Shown here: positions 1 to 12,155 of the stretch, piece after piece
Layout: every line of letters starts with the position of its first letter
Position numbering within the stretch: position 1 is the first letter of the stretch
DNA from: an uncultured Planctomycetota bacterium
Lineage (GTDB): Bacteria > Planctomycetota > Planctomycetia > Isosphaerales > Isosphaeraceae
Assembly: GCA_963823665.1 (NCBI GenBank)
Contig: CAWGMQ010000004.1
Span: forward strand, 1,696,001-1,760,000
DNA: 64,000 nt
Direction: 5' to 3'
The notes under the pieces: generated by a model
Seen by the model: the letters and a program-made list of their open reading frames with translations, nothing else
Told to the model about the DNA's origin: nothing
The model's database searches: none
Position numbers and translations under genes: made by a program

Positions 1-613
1 TACGATACATGGTGGCGCCCAGATTGTAGATGTCGGTCTTCTCGTCGACCACCTTCTCGCTGGCCTGCTCGGGGGCGATGTACTGGGGTGTTCCCTGGAC
101 GCGATTCTTCTCCTGCCCGCGCACCCACGCCGTGCCGAAGTCGATCAGCTTCACCTGGCCTGACTTGGTCAACATGATGTTGCCGGGCTTCAGATCGCTG
201 TGATAGACACCGCGGCGGTGCATGTGGGTCAGCGCCGAGACGACCTGGCAAAAAATCAGCACGAGCTGCCCGAGCTCGGGGGCCTCGATCTCGTCGAGGG
301 TCTTGCCATCGACGTACTCCATCAAGAGTTCGACGCCTTTCACCTTGAACCAGGCCTTCTTGAGCCGGCAATCGTGAACCTTCGCGATCGCCGGATGGTT
401 CAACTTCTTGGCGGCCTCGAATTCGGTGAGGGCTTGCTGCACGTAGATCTCGTCATCGGCATCTTGCTTTCGGACCACCTTCAGCGCGTAACGCTTTCCT
501 CCGGCGGTCTTGTCGCTGATTAACAGGATCGTGCTGCCGGCGCCGGTGCCGAGCTGGTTGACCACGCGGTACTTCATGCCTGAGAACGTCGGCGTGCTCG
601 AGCCTCGTGTCAT
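1..613 (-). CDS. Ser/Thr protein kinase (runs off window start)
   Basis: Manual translation from ATG 613: LGTGAGS, YALK, YHSDLKPGN, DFG, GTPQYIAPE kinase motifs. Confidence 0.9.
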   Translation of the reverse strand, partial: MTRGSSTPTFSGMKYRVVNQLGTGAGSTILLISDKTAGGKRYALKVVRKQDADDEIYVQQALTEFEAAKKLNHPAIAKVHDCRLKKAWFKVKGVELLMEYVDGKTLDEIEAPELGQLVLIFCQVVSALTHMHRRGVYHSDLKPGNIMLTKSGQVKLIDFGTAWVRGQEKNRVQGTPQYIAPEQASEKVVDEKTDIYNLGATMYR

Positions 614-773
614 TCGGTTCCTCGCTGCCTCGAAAATGCTCGCCACCCGTCCTGCGGGCGCGGGCTCAGATGTCGTTCCGGGTTAATTGCGGTGATCGTC
701 AGGAAGCACAACGAAGCGGCCGGACCGTCGGTCCGGCCCGGGGAGCGGCACGAAGTCACTCGGAATGAAGACC

Positions 774-1364
774 TTACTTCTCGACGGCTATGCTGAGAAG
801 CTCAACCTCAAAGACAAGATTTGAATTTGGCGGGATCGGCGGCTTCCCCTTTTCTCCATAAGCGAGCGGCGCAGGAATGAATAACTTGCGAAGCTCGCCA
901 ACCTTCATCCCGGGCAAGCCCTCTTCCCAACCGCGTATTAGCTGGTCGCCGCCGATGCGAAAACTCTCCGATGAGCCCTTGCTCCGGGACGACCAGAACT
1001 CCTTGCCGCTATCCGCAAGTGTGCCCACGTAGTGGAACGTGCCGCGCTGGCCCCACTTGTACACGGGTCCGGTTCCCTCCTTGAGAGTCTCGTACTTGAC
1101 TCCGCCCTCGGTCGTGCGGGATTCGCCGATGGCCGTCGGAGGCGCGGGTTTGTATGCGGCGGAAGAAGTCGTCACCACTGGAGCGGAAGGGGTGTCGGTG
1201 GACGGCGGGACCTCTCCCTGAGCCTCAGCGGGCGATGCATCGGGGGAAACCTTGGGTATATTCGCACCGGGAGGCGCGGTCGGAACGATTTCACCGGGAT
1301 CCCCGCACCCGGAGAGAGCCAGCAAAGCCAGTCCGGTAATGATTCCCGCACACGGCGATCTCAT
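774..1364 (-). CDS. FKBP-type peptidyl-prolyl cis-trans isomerase, lipoprotein
   Basis: Lipobox LSGC; HYVGTL, LIRGWEEGLPGMKVGE, LAYG, IPPNSNLVFEVELL; start ATG 1364 chosen. Confidence 0.9.
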   Translation of the reverse strand: MRSPCAGIITGLALLALSGCGDPGEIVPTAPPGANIPKVSPDASPAEAQGEVPPSTDTPSAPVVTTSSAAYKPAPPTAIGESRTTEGGVKYETLKEGTGPVYKWGQRGTFHYVGTLADSGKEFWSSRSKGSSESFRIGGDQLIRGWEEGLPGMKVGELRKLFIPAPLAYGEKGKPPIPPNSNLVFEVELLSIAVEK

Positions 1365-1633
1365 GGAAGTCTTCCCCCTTACACCGACGCTGAGACGAAA
1401 AAAGTATGCTGTGTCAACCATTATGGCATCTTCGGCCCGGCCGCGGCCAGAGTTTCAAGTGTGACTTGCGTGCCCCGCGCCAGGCAAGGCGGTTCCGCCG
1501 AGTGCTTCCGGCTCGCTCCTACTGCCCATAGCGGTTTTCGTTCGCTGTGGTCAAACTCCTCTCGCCATGATAAGTTATCTCGATTCGTACCTCGATCGGG
1601 ATGGTGTTGGCGTCGTGTCTTCGAGGCGTATTG

Positions 1634-2380
1634 ATGGGGGAGTTTTTTGGCCTTCATGGCCGGGTTGCACTCGTGACAGGGGGCGGGCGGGGAATCGGCG
1701 CCGGGATCGCCCGCCGCTTGAATGCCGCCGGAGCGCGGATCGCCGTCTTCGACCGCGACGAAACCTCGGCCAAGGCCGTCGCTTCCGAGGTGGGGGGGCT
1801 CGCGCTTGCGGGCGACGTGTGCTCGCCCGAGCAGGTTGCCGAGGCGGTCGAAGCGGCCCATTCGCAGCTCGGGCCGGTTTCGATCCTGGTGAACAACGCC
1901 GGAATCACCGGCCGCACGGATTCGAGCTGGAGGCTCGACCTCGATGAAGTACGTCAGGTCTTCGACGTGAACTTCATGGGGCCATTCCTCTTCTGCAAGG
2001 CTCTGGTTCCCAGGCTGCTCGACCGCGGATTTGGCCGGATCGTCAACGTGGCGTCGATCGCGGGCAAAGAAGGGAACCCGACCCTCATGCCCTATTCTGC
2101 GTCCAAGGCCGCGGTGATCGCCATGACCAAGTCGCTGGCAAAGGAGCTCGCAGGAAAAGGGGACATCACGGTCAACGCGATCTCGCCGGCGGTCATCAAA
2201 ACGGCGATCCTGGACGGTGTGGCTCCGAGCACTGTCGAATACATGATCTCGAAGATCCCGCTGGGACGAACCGGAACCATCGACGAAGTCGCCGCGCTCG
2301 TGCACTATCTCGTCAGTGCAGAAGCGAGCTTCACAACCGGCCAATGCTATGATATCAGCGGAGGTCGCGCCACTTATTGA
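1634..2380 (+). CDS. SDR family NAD(P)-dependent oxidoreductase
   Basis: TGGGRGIG, NNAG, YSASK motifs. Confidence 0.92.
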   Translation: MGEFFGLHGRVALVTGGGRGIGAGIARRLNAAGARIAVFDRDETSAKAVASEVGGLALAGDVCSPEQVAEAVEAAHSQLGPVSILVNNAGITGRTDSSWRLDLDEVRQVFDVNFMGPFLFCKALVPRLLDRGFGRIVNVASIAGKEGNPTLMPYSASKAAVIAMTKSLAKELAGKGDITVNAISPAVIKTAILDGVAPSTVEYMISKIPLGRTGTIDEVAALVHYLVSAEASFTTGQCYDISGGRATY

Positions 2381-2475
2381 GCGTGCTGTGCCTTCAGCCG
2401 ATCACCGCCGGGGTGATCTCTTCCAGCCGGCGACGCCTCGCCCGACGCCTCCCGCGCCTCTTCTCGGAAGGATCC

Positions 2476-2976
2476 ATGAACGACCGTGACCTACCACCAG
2501 AGCCCCGGGAACGGGGCACGGACCGCGACGGCGACGTGCTCGGCGCCAGGAACTTGCCCCCGGTTGCGGCTCGGCCGCCGGGCGCCAGTCCACCTGGCCG
2601 ATTCGAGCCGCCGACATCGGCGCTGGGCCCACTGTTCCGCTACCGGCTGGAACAGATCCACGTCTGCCGGGTGAGCCTTGCGGTGGAAGTGAACACGCGG
2701 CCCACCCAGCGGGTGCTCGGGGGTTATTACAAGTCGCGACGGCTGGTGAGGGTGTATTCACACGATCGGGTTGAGGGCGCGCGGCCACTCGAGAAGCTCT
2801 TCGAAACGTTTCTGCACGAGGTTGCCCATCATCTCGAGTACACGGAGCCTCAAAGCTTCGGCTCGCAAGGATGCCGCCGAAAGTACGGGCTGATGCACAG
2901 CCGGCTCTTCTGGCGGATTCTCGGCGAGCTCAAGTGGCGCTGGGCCAATGTCGAAGCACGCCGGCCCATTCGCTAG
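2476..2976 (+). CDS. SprT-like putative zinc metalloprotease
   Basis: TFLHEVAHH (HExxH) and downstream H-S-R-L-F-W; start uncertain. Confidence 0.55.
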   Translation: MNDRDLPPEPRERGTDRDGDVLGARNLPPVAARPPGASPPGRFEPPTSALGPLFRYRLEQIHVCRVSLAVEVNTRPTQRVLGGYYKSRRLVRVYSHDRVEGARPLEKLFETFLHEVAHHLEYTEPQSFGSQGCRRKYGLMHSRLFWRILGELKWRWANVEARRPIR

Positions 2977-3515
2977 TCGGCAAGGCCGAGCTCTTTCACT
3001 TTCGCCGCCACGTCCTCACCGGCCTTTTCGACCTTGATCTCCTTATCGATCGACTTGATCACCCCTTCCTTGTCCACATAGAACGTCCAGCGCCTGGCGA
3101 CCCCTCGCTCCGGGTTCATCACTCCGTAGGCTTCGGCGACCTTCTTGTCGGGATCGCTCAGGATTGGGTAGTCGAGATCGAGCGACTTGGCGAACTTCGT
3201 ATTTTCTTCGGCGGTATCGACGCTCGCGGTGAAATAGGCGATTTTGAGATCCTTGAGCGCTTTGCTGTTCTCGCGCAGCGACTTGCATTCCTTCGTGCAG
3301 CCCTTGGTGAAGGCCTTCGGGAACCAAGCGATCACGACGGCCGACTTTCCTTTGTATTGCTCGAGCGTGTAAGTCTTGCCATCGGAGGCCTCGAGCGAGA
3401 ACGCGGGCGCCTTGTCGCCGGTTTTCAACTCGTCAGCGACGGCTCCGGCAATGAAGAACAGGGCGAAGACGCCCAGGCCCAAAAACGCCATTTTCCGCCC
3501 AACGATTCGGAGCAT
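2973..3515 (-). CDS. Peroxiredoxin (BCP/PrxQ-like), exported
   Basis: WFPKAFTKGCTKEC, GDKAPAFSL, RWTFYVD; N-terminal signal peptide. Confidence 0.9.
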   Translation of the reverse strand: MLRIVGRKMAFLGLGVFALFFIAGAVADELKTGDKAPAFSLEASDGKTYTLEQYKGKSAVVIAWFPKAFTKGCTKECKSLRENSKALKDLKIAYFTASVDTAEENTKFAKSLDLDYPILSDPDKKVAEAYGVMNPERGVARRWTFYVDKEGVIKSIDKEIKVEKAGEDVAAKVKELGLAD

Positions 3516-3842
3516 GTTTACCTCCTGCAAGTTGCCGTTCTACGTACACGCCTCGGACGAGAAGGGATTGGCCCCTGGCTTCCGATCTCGACAGAGCGTA
3601 GCACCACCAGCGGCCCGACGCAACTGCGTGGGCTGATTCGTTTTTCTCTTGCATCTCGCAGGAAAACGTGTCCTATTTATTGATGTTTGCGGGGCTCCTG
3701 CTGGTGCGTGGGGTTTTTCGTGCGTCTTTCGATTGGCGACCGGGCCGCCTCGCTTGTGAGCGTGCGGGGTCGCCCTGGGCCGGCTTGAGCCGATCGCGGT
3801 TGCCAGCGTAGGCCAACAGAGAAGAAAAGGAAAACCCGAGCC

Positions 3843-4316
3843 ATGATCGACAACCGGGGTGGATACTCAAGGTTCTGGTCCATTCTGGCGCTGGCCACGG
3901 CCGGGATCGCGCTGCCGGCCTGTTCGGGCACGAGCGACGACACCTTGCCGCGGCAGCCTCTTGCGGGGAGAGTCCTGCTGGACGGGAAGCCGCTCTCCCA
4001 CGGGACGATCATGTTCTTTCCCGAGGAAGTTTCCACAAAACAGCACGAAACGGTCCCGTCGGGAAACACGATTGTCAACGGCTGGTTCTCCATCCCGCGC
4101 GAAAAAGGGCCGGTGCCGGGAAAGTACAAGATCGCGGTGTCGTCGGAAAAGATCGTGAAGCACCCGGATCGCACGGACCGGGAAGACACCCCTGCCGAGC
4201 CCCACTCGCCAGCGGAGGAAATCATCCCCGCACGATTCAACGCCGACACCGAGCTCGAGGTCGAGATCAAGGAGGGGGGAATCAAGGAATTGAGGATCGA
4301 TCTTCAATCGAGCTGA
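3843..4316 (+). CDS. Planctomycete lipoprotein, carboxypeptidase-regulatory-like fold (usual DUF1559 partner)
   Basis: Lipobox LPAC; GRVLLDGKPL..GTIMFFP, GPVPGKYKI, IPARFN. Confidence 0.8.
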   Translation: MIDNRGGYSRFWSILALATAGIALPACSGTSDDTLPRQPLAGRVLLDGKPLSHGTIMFFPEEVSTKQHETVPSGNTIVNGWFSIPREKGPVPGKYKIAVSSEKIVKHPDRTDREDTPAEPHSPAEEIIPARFNADTELEVEIKEGGIKELRIDLQSS

Positions 4317-4330
4317 GGTCCAGGGGTCAC

Positions 4331-5344
4331 ATGAACAACAGCCGTCTCGGGTTCACCTTGATCGAGCTGTTGATGGTGGTTGCCATCGTGGGGATGGCGA
4401 TCATGCTTCTCCTGCCGGCCGCCCAATCGGCGCGCGAGGCCGCGCGCCGCGTTCAGTGTGCGAGCAACCTGAGACAGATCGGCCTGGCCATGCACGATTA
4501 TCACGACGAACAGGGGACGCTGCCTCCCGGCGCTAACGGCTGCTGCCGAGGAACGTGGCTGCTCTTCGTCCTTCCCTACATCGAGCAATCGAATCTGTAC
4601 AATTCCTGGAACTTCGCCGGAGCCAACGACTCGGATGACGCGAGCGGGCGGGAAATGTTCGGTTACTCAGGCGCTGCCAACATCACGGTCACTGGAACGC
4701 GGGTGAGCGTGTTTTACTGCCCGACCGATCCGGGCCATGCCGCCCTCGCCGGCGCTCGAGTTGTGACCTCACAGAACTACGTCGTGAATTTCGGGAACAC
4801 GATCAGCAGCCAGCCGCCGTTTTATCAGTATTGCGGCCGGAAGATCCCATTTCTGGGCGCGCCGTTCGGGGACGCAGACGCACCGGGCGGCAGCCGGACG
4901 CTGGACGAAGCGGCCGAGCCTGGTCTGGGGACAATCCGGTTTGCCGCAATCACCGACGGACTGGGTGGGACGCTGCTCACATCCGAAGTTCTCGTGGGCA
5001 CCGGCGGCGACCTGCGTGGGTTCTCGTGGTGGGGTTACGCCGCGATGTTCACCGGGTTCTTACCACCGAACTCGCCGTTTCCCGACGTCATGCCTTCCTC
5101 GCGCCATTGCGGCCCCGTTCCCCCGAACCCACCCTGCACCGGTGCGACCGGCGGGAAGAACGCGGACGGAACTTACGTCGGACTCGGGCTCCTCAACAAC
5201 CCCCGAAGCAAGCACAATGGTGGCGTCACCATGGGCATGGCCGACGGCAGCGTGCGATTCATCAAGAACTCGGTCGACGTCTTTGTGTTCCAGGCGCTCT
5301 CGTCGACTTCCGGAAACGAAGTCACGAGTGGGGATTCGTATTGA
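4331..5344 (+). CDS. DUF1559 prepilin-type N-terminal cleavage/methylation protein
   Basis: GFTLIELL..AREAARRVQCASNLRQIGLAMHDY; C-terminal HNGG..MADGSVRFI. Confidence 0.95.
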   Translation: MNNSRLGFTLIELLMVVAIVGMAIMLLLPAAQSAREAARRVQCASNLRQIGLAMHDYHDEQGTLPPGANGCCRGTWLLFVLPYIEQSNLYNSWNFAGANDSDDASGREMFGYSGAANITVTGTRVSVFYCPTDPGHAALAGARVVTSQNYVVNFGNTISSQPPFYQYCGRKIPFLGAPFGDADAPGGSRTLDEAAEPGLGTIRFAAITDGLGGTLLTSEVLVGTGGDLRGFSWWGYAAMFTGFLPPNSPFPDVMPSSRHCGPVPPNPPCTGATGGKNADGTYVGLGLLNNPRSKHNGGVTMGMADGSVRFIKNSVDVFVFQALSSTSGNEVTSGDSY

Positions 5345-5735
5345 TTAATCCGAGTTGAATCAAGTCCCAACGATTCCCGTAAAGATCCTCGAATATGACC
5401 ACTGTACCGTACGGCTCGTGGCGCGGTTCCTCAGTGAATTTGACATTCCGCGCCATGAGGTCGTCGTAATCGCGCCAGAAATCGTCCGTGTGCAGAAACA
5501 GGAACACGCGGCCGCCGGTCTGATTGCCGACGCGCGTGGCCTGCTCCGGGGATGCCGCCCTCGCAAGGAGAAGCGCGGTTCCGGTCGATCCGGGTGGCGC
5601 GACGAGGACCCACCGCTTGCCACCGCCGAGATCGGTGTCTTCGATCAGGTTGAAGCCAAGGGTGCCGGTGTAATACGCGATGGCTTCGTCGTATTCGCGG
5701 ACGACGAGCGCAACGTAGCCGATCTTCTGGCTCAC
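5322..5735 (-). CDS. VOC/glyoxalase family protein
   Basis: IGYVALVVREYDEAIAYY..RWVLVAPPG..FEDLYGNRWDL; GTG start overlaps upstream stop. Confidence 0.88.
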   Translation of the reverse strand: MSQKIGYVALVVREYDEAIAYYTGTLGFNLIEDTDLGGGKRWVLVAPPGSTGTALLLARAASPEQATRVGNQTGGRVFLFLHTDDFWRDYDDLMARNVKFTEEPRHEPYGTVVIFEDLYGNRWDLIQLGLINTNPHS

Positions 5736-6712
5736 TGGTTGTCCTTTTTGCTCGTCGACTCTTCTTTCTTTTTTTTGAACGCTTTCAGCATCTTCTCGAC
5801 GTCCGGGAAGATCTTGCCTTCGAACTCGGGCAGAATCGTGCTGACGACGAAGTAACACTTGTCGTCGTCCATAAAGACCCAGTGTCGCCAGCGCATTTTC
5901 TTATCCAATTGCGAATCAACCATCGCCTCAAAAAACAGAGCATCGAATGAGCCGACCTTGGCGGGCTTCAAGTCCTCCTTCCTGGCAGCTTCGCTGACGC
6001 GCTGTGCCCATTCCAGGGCGACATCCTGGCGCACGTTGTTCAGAACCTCTTTCCTCTTTCCCTTGTCGTCGCAAGAGTATGTTCCCATCTCGTAGATATC
6101 CAGTCCGACCGGAAAGGTTGGAGGGACGAACATCACCCAATTGCCCTTGTCGATCGACTTCCAGCCGTTTGCGATGGTGATTTGGAACGGCTTCTCGCGT
6201 TTGGATGGCGTGAATTCGAACATCGCCAGATCTTCTACGGGTTTGTCGTGCTCGACATGACTCTCGAGATATTTACTGCTCGGATCGTATTTCCAATCCG
6301 ACCTGGTCTGAAGCGCGATCGCGTCCATAAACTCGCGGAGAGTGGGCGGGTAGGACTGAGGGAACGGAGATTGCAGCGGCAGGGCGGCTATCTCTTTCGA
6401 CGACGTCATGAGCCCGACTCCATAGCTCACATCGATCCGGCTCATGGCAAGAAACATGTTGGTGTTCTGACTAAAGGAACCAGCCATCCGGCCATTCACT
6501 CGTTGCGCCAGGAGTTTTTTCTGCTGCGCAGCCGAGAGCGGTTTGATGGTCGCGGAACCGCTTTTGTCGCCCTTGGTTGTGGGGGTGGTTTGAGCATCCT
6601 GGGGCACCGTGGTTGCCCGGACGAACGATTCAAAACGAAGCGCGGTCGTCGCACTCCATGCGGGGAATGCAGTAAGTGCGACTGCCGTCGCGACGCCAAG
6701 GAAGCGATTCAT
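5732..6712 (-). CDS. Hypothetical secreted protein
   Basis: Long ORF with signal peptide MNRFLGVATAVALTAFPAWSA; coupled to VOC gene. Confidence 0.65.
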   Translation of the reverse strand: MNRFLGVATAVALTAFPAWSATTALRFESFVRATTVPQDAQTTPTTKGDKSGSATIKPLSAAQQKKLLAQRVNGRMAGSFSQNTNMFLAMSRIDVSYGVGLMTSSKEIAALPLQSPFPQSYPPTLREFMDAIALQTRSDWKYDPSSKYLESHVEHDKPVEDLAMFEFTPSKREKPFQITIANGWKSIDKGNWVMFVPPTFPVGLDIYEMGTYSCDDKGKRKEVLNNVRQDVALEWAQRVSEAARKEDLKPAKVGSFDALFFEAMVDSQLDKKMRWRHWVFMDDDKCYFVVSTILPEFEGKIFPDVEKMLKAFKKKKEESTSKKDNQ

Positions 6713-6897
6713 GACGTGCCTCCAGCTTGAAGGAGAGGCGGCAACTTGACCCTTCAACTGCACTGCGGTGGAAAGCACCACTCCGGCCCGCCCAACAAGG
6801 CCCATCCTAGTGCGGCCTGACGCGGCCGGGAATGGCATCGCCGCGCTGAGATTGAGGTCTTTCCGAACGTTCCGTATATAGTACGCTGCCGTACTAA

Positions 6898-8097
<1,200 letters not shown>

Positions 8098-8109
8098 TTC
8101 GACGAGCGA

Positions 8110-9705
8110 TCACCCCGACTCCGGGAAGCCGAACGCCACGAGCTCACTGCCGACATCAACGAAGACGTGACCGTCGCTCGTGATGGCCGGAATGGCGAAA
8201 TGGGAGTAGTCGGGCAGGGGGGCTGACCAGAGGATCTTGCTCAAATCTGTAGGGTCGTACGCGATCAACTCGTTCGAGGGTGAGACGACCCAGACAATGC
8301 CGTTCGTTGTGCCGTCGGATGAGATCACGGGACTGGCGCCGGGAAAGGGAAGCGTATTGGTGGACTGCCCTGTTTGCACCAGAAGGCCGTTCTCGATCGT
8401 GAACGACTTCACGGTATCGTCGACTCCGGCGTAGTAGATCGTGTTGTTGAAAATGGCGGGAGTGTCGTAGGAGCCGCCAATCACAGCCGGCAGCGTCTGA
8501 ACGACGTGATTCGAGAATGGACTGTAATGACCCATGCTGTTGCGATTGATCACGTAGACCGTTCCCGATTTGCCGGAGGCGAGCAGCAGGTTGGGATGCT
8601 TCGGCCCGCCCATTCCGTCGGGAAGGATGAGAACGCCCGATGAAGCGAGATCGCCGTCGTATTTCTCGAGCTTCGCTTGATTCCTGGGCGCAAAGTAGTC
8701 GACCACTTTGAAACCGGTGCCATTCGGGCCCTGGTAGCCGGGAATGAGCGCGAGCTTGAGCACGGTGTCGCCGTAGTCGCCGTGCGACGGCAACCCGGCG
8801 CGGTTGTGGGTCGTGTCGAACGTGCCGTTGCCCGTCTCCGTGTAAAGAAAGCCTTGCGAGTCGACCTGGATCGGGCTACCCGAATTCCAGATGCCGCCGT
8901 CACTACCATTGGGGGTATCGTTGAAAACGCCGGTCGGTTGCAACGTGGTCTTGTTGTAGGCGAGGATCCAGCCGTGGAACGGCGGGATGTCACCGTAGGA
9001 TCCGAACGCGATCAGCAAGTTGCTGCCGTCGAGCGAGAGGGCAGGGCGCTGGAGCTGCCGTGGGACGTCGAATTGGACCAGCCCGTTCACGCTTCCGGCT
9101 CCGGTGCCCTTGACGCTCGGCCCGAAGAAGCTGACCGGCTGGCCATTTGAGTAGCCGGTATCCGCGATCACGACCGGAGAACCGGGCATTTCCTGACCGG
9201 TACTCATGTCGACCGCGTGGAGCGTCTTCGTGTAGTGGTTTACGGCTCCGGCGTTGTAGGCTTCGGTTGTCGTGAGATAAATCGTGTTGGTTGAAGGGTC
9301 GATGAGCGGCGTGCTGGTCGTGCCATCTACACCGGTTTCTATCAGAGCCGTCGGGAGAACGGATTCGCCGGGCTTCAGAAAGTTCGTTTGCCACACGAGC
9401 TGGCCGGTCGCGGTATTGAACGCGTAGAGGCTCTCGTTCGCGGTTGCGACGAACACGAGGTTCTGGGTTCCCTGATCGGGCCCGACCGTGACGTCCACGG
9501 TTGCGGAAACCGGCGCGGGAAGAATGATGCCGTCGAGGGTGTGTGAAAACTGTTCGGTCAAGCTCGAAATGTTTGCCGGCGTGATGAGCGAATCGGAATT
9601 CCCACCACCGTTACCTCCACCCCAGCCCAGAACGTCTGAAAGCAAGGCTCTTGTCTCAAGTCCTTCCCCGCACGGGCGATAGCAGTTCTTTCGGCGGCTT
9701 GACAT
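8110..9705 (-). CDS. PQQ-like beta-propeller protein with planctomycete export motif
   Basis: GLETRALLS; VFVATANESLYAF, TPLID, QRPAL, HGWILAY, GGIW. Confidence 0.8.
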   Translation of the reverse strand: MSSRRKNCYRPCGEGLETRALLSDVLGWGGGNGGGNSDSLITPANISSLTEQFSHTLDGIILPAPVSATVDVTVGPDQGTQNLVFVATANESLYAFNTATGQLVWQTNFLKPGESVLPTALIETGVDGTTSTPLIDPSTNTIYLTTTEAYNAGAVNHYTKTLHAVDMSTGQEMPGSPVVIADTGYSNGQPVSFFGPSVKGTGAGSVNGLVQFDVPRQLQRPALSLDGSNLLIAFGSYGDIPPFHGWILAYNKTTLQPTGVFNDTPNGSDGGIWNSGSPIQVDSQGFLYTETGNGTFDTTHNRAGLPSHGDYGDTVLKLALIPGYQGPNGTGFKVVDYFAPRNQAKLEKYDGDLASSGVLILPDGMGGPKHPNLLLASGKSGTVYVINRNSMGHYSPFSNHVVQTLPAVIGGSYDTPAIFNNTIYYAGVDDTVKSFTIENGLLVQTGQSTNTLPFPGASPVISSDGTTNGIVWVVSPSNELIAYDPTDLSKILWSAPLPDYSHFAIPAITSDGHVFVDVGSELVAFGFPESG

Positions 9706-9928
9706 CGGCGTCGCTCCCCATCATCGGTTCGATACGATGGCCGTCAATTCTACATCATGTTTGATGGGGCTGGCGGAGAGCGCCCGGAGTTGCTCAGGCG
9801 GCTGTGAGCTCCAGTTCGGTCATCAGAAGCAGATCAATCCCATCAGGATCACCCCGTGAAGGGCAGAATGTCTCCTGGTAAGATCGTCGCGTCCAAACCT
9901 CCATCGGCACACCACCGGAGCGACTTCT

Positions 9929-11243
9929 GTGATCATCCCGACCAACTTGCTTGTTCTTGTGTTCCTCTCGTTCCAAGCTCCCGTGCCCGGGCCTGGACCC
10001 GCGCCCACTCCCATCGTGCTCAAGGCCGCGCGACTGTTCGACGGCAAGTCCGAATCCCTGCTCCAAAACGCGACGGTGATCGTCGAGGGCAAGGTGATCA
10101 AGGCGGTCGGCGGCGAGCTTGCCATTCCGGATGGATCAAAGGTGATCGATCTGGGCGATGCGACGCTCTGCCCAGGGTTCATCGACGCCCACACCCACCT
10201 GACGCACGAACGGACGGACGACTTCAATCAAGGATTTGTCGACGGGCATGCGCCGCGAGGTCGCGGAGCAGGCGATCCTCTCGACCGTCTACGCCCGGCG
10301 CACGATCGAAGCCGGGTTCACCACTGTGCGGGACGTCGGCTCGGACGACTTGCTCGACGTCGGGCTGCGGAACTCGATCGCCAAGGGGGTCGTCCCGGGC
10401 CCGCGGATGCTGGTCTGCGTGCACGCGCTGGGGGCCCTCGGCGGGCATTCCGACCGGAACGGTCTGCGGCACGACCTGCTGCCCGCAACGGCACGAGGCC
10501 GAAGGAATCGCGAGCGGGCCCGGACCGCATTCGCGAGGCGGTGCGCTACCAGGTCAAGTTTGGTGCCGACGTGATCAAGTTCTGCGCCTCGGGCGGCGTG
10601 CTCTCGCTGGCCGACGAGGTCGACACGCCCCAGCTCACGCTGGCCGAGATGACCGCCCTTTGCGACGAGGCCCACCGGCTGCGCAAGAAGGTCGCCTGCC
10701 ACAGCCACGGCGACCAGGCCGCCCGCGACGCGGTGCTCGCGGGCGTCAACTCGATCGAGCACGGGTCGTTCCTCTCGCAGCGACACGCTGAAGCTGATGA
10801 AGGAACGCGGCACGTATTTGATCCCCACGCTGATGGCGCCGGATTCGATCATGCCGAATCTGGCCAAGTTTCCGCCCGAGATCGCCGCCAAGGCCGTCGC
10901 GGCGAACGCGTCGCTCGCAAAGACGTTCGCCGAGGCGGTCAAGACTCGGCGTGAAGATCGGCTTCGGCACCGATTCGGGCGTCTCGAAGCACGGCGAAAA
11001 CGCTCGCGAGTTCCGCTTGATGGTGAAGCACGGCATGTCGCCGATCGCTGCACTCAAGGCCGCGACTTCCGCCGATGCCGAACTGCTCGGGATTGGCCAA
11101 AGTCGATCGGCACGCTCGAGCCGGGCAAGCTCGCCGACATCGTGGCGGTGCCCGGTGACCCGCTCGCCGATATCTCGGCGACCGAGCGTGTGATTTTCGT
11201 GATGAAGGAGGGGGCGGTGGTTGTGGCGAAGGGGAAACCGTGA
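9929..11243 (+). CDS. Metal-dependent amidohydrolase (Xaa-Pro dipeptidase-like), multiply frameshifted
   Basis: [50 protein letters not shown] spread over three frames. Confidence 0.85.
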
Positions 11244-11411
11244 GGAAAAGATCAAACGCTGGCGAGTTTCATGCGCCGAGCGACCTGCACGGAGCCAGCC
11301 GCCAAACCGGCGAGCTTCCGGACTGACCTTGATGGATCAGCCGGTATAGGGTATTTGGGTCGTTCAGCGATTGTTACGCCCACCCTCGATTACTCCGCGA
11401 AAGGTACAAGG

Positions 11412-12155
11412 ATGTACAAACACTGCATCTGGTGGCTGGCCTTCACTGCTTCCTTGTCAACCGGCTGGTCTTCGACCCAGGCATCGCCGATCAGCTACGC
11501 GTTCAGTGGGACGCTGGCGCAGCCTTTCAACGGGTCAAGCCAATTTTCCGGCACCTTCACTTATGACACCGATCTGCCGCCTTATCCCGGCATCACGGGG
11601 ACGCCTGGGTGGAGTTATTATTCGGGTGTGCCGGCCGATCCGTCCGAGCCGGTCTTGTCGTTGACATTCAACCTGGGCAGCACGCCTTCCTCGTCATTTG
11701 GGCCGATCGAAAGCGACGAACTCATCGTCGCTCACACTTCCGGATCCGACGGGTTCTTCATTCAGGAAAGCTTCAGCTACGCGGGCGGCCAGAACCTCTG
11801 GGCCGAGTTTGGCATGTCGAGCAACAATCTGGTTTCGCGCGCGCCCTTCACGTCATCGAACCCGCCCACGAGCTTGAACCTTGCCGATTTTTCGGGGGCG
11901 AACCTGGTCGTCCAGGGCACGACTTCGGATGGTCAGCAACTGAACGTCGTGGGAACAGTTACGTCGCTGGTGCCGCTGGGTGACAGCCAGATGCCGGTGC
12001 CCGAGCCGGCGTCGTTTCTGGTGTTCGCGGTAATGGGAGCCGGTGTGTTGTGCTACCTTCGCCGACGTGATCGCGATCGGGCCTATTCTGGTCATCGGCC
12101 GCCGAGTTCACCAGCGCCGCCTTTGGGAAAAGCTGCTGTGATCATGTCGAAGTGA
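11412..12155 (+). CDS. PEP-CTERM surface protein
   Basis: Signal peptide; C-terminal VPEPAS + TM helix + RRR. Confidence 0.85.
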   Translation: MYKHCIWWLAFTASLSTGWSSTQASPISYAFSGTLAQPFNGSSQFSGTFTYDTDLPPYPGITGTPGWSYYSGVPADPSEPVLSLTFNLGSTPSSSFGPIESDELIVAHTSGSDGFFIQESFSYAGGQNLWAEFGMSSNNLVSRAPFTSSNPPTSLNLADFSGANLVVQGTTSDGQQLNVVGTVTSLVPLGDSQMPVPEPASFLVFAVMGAGVLCYLRRRDRDRAYSGHRPPSSPAPPLGKAAVIMSK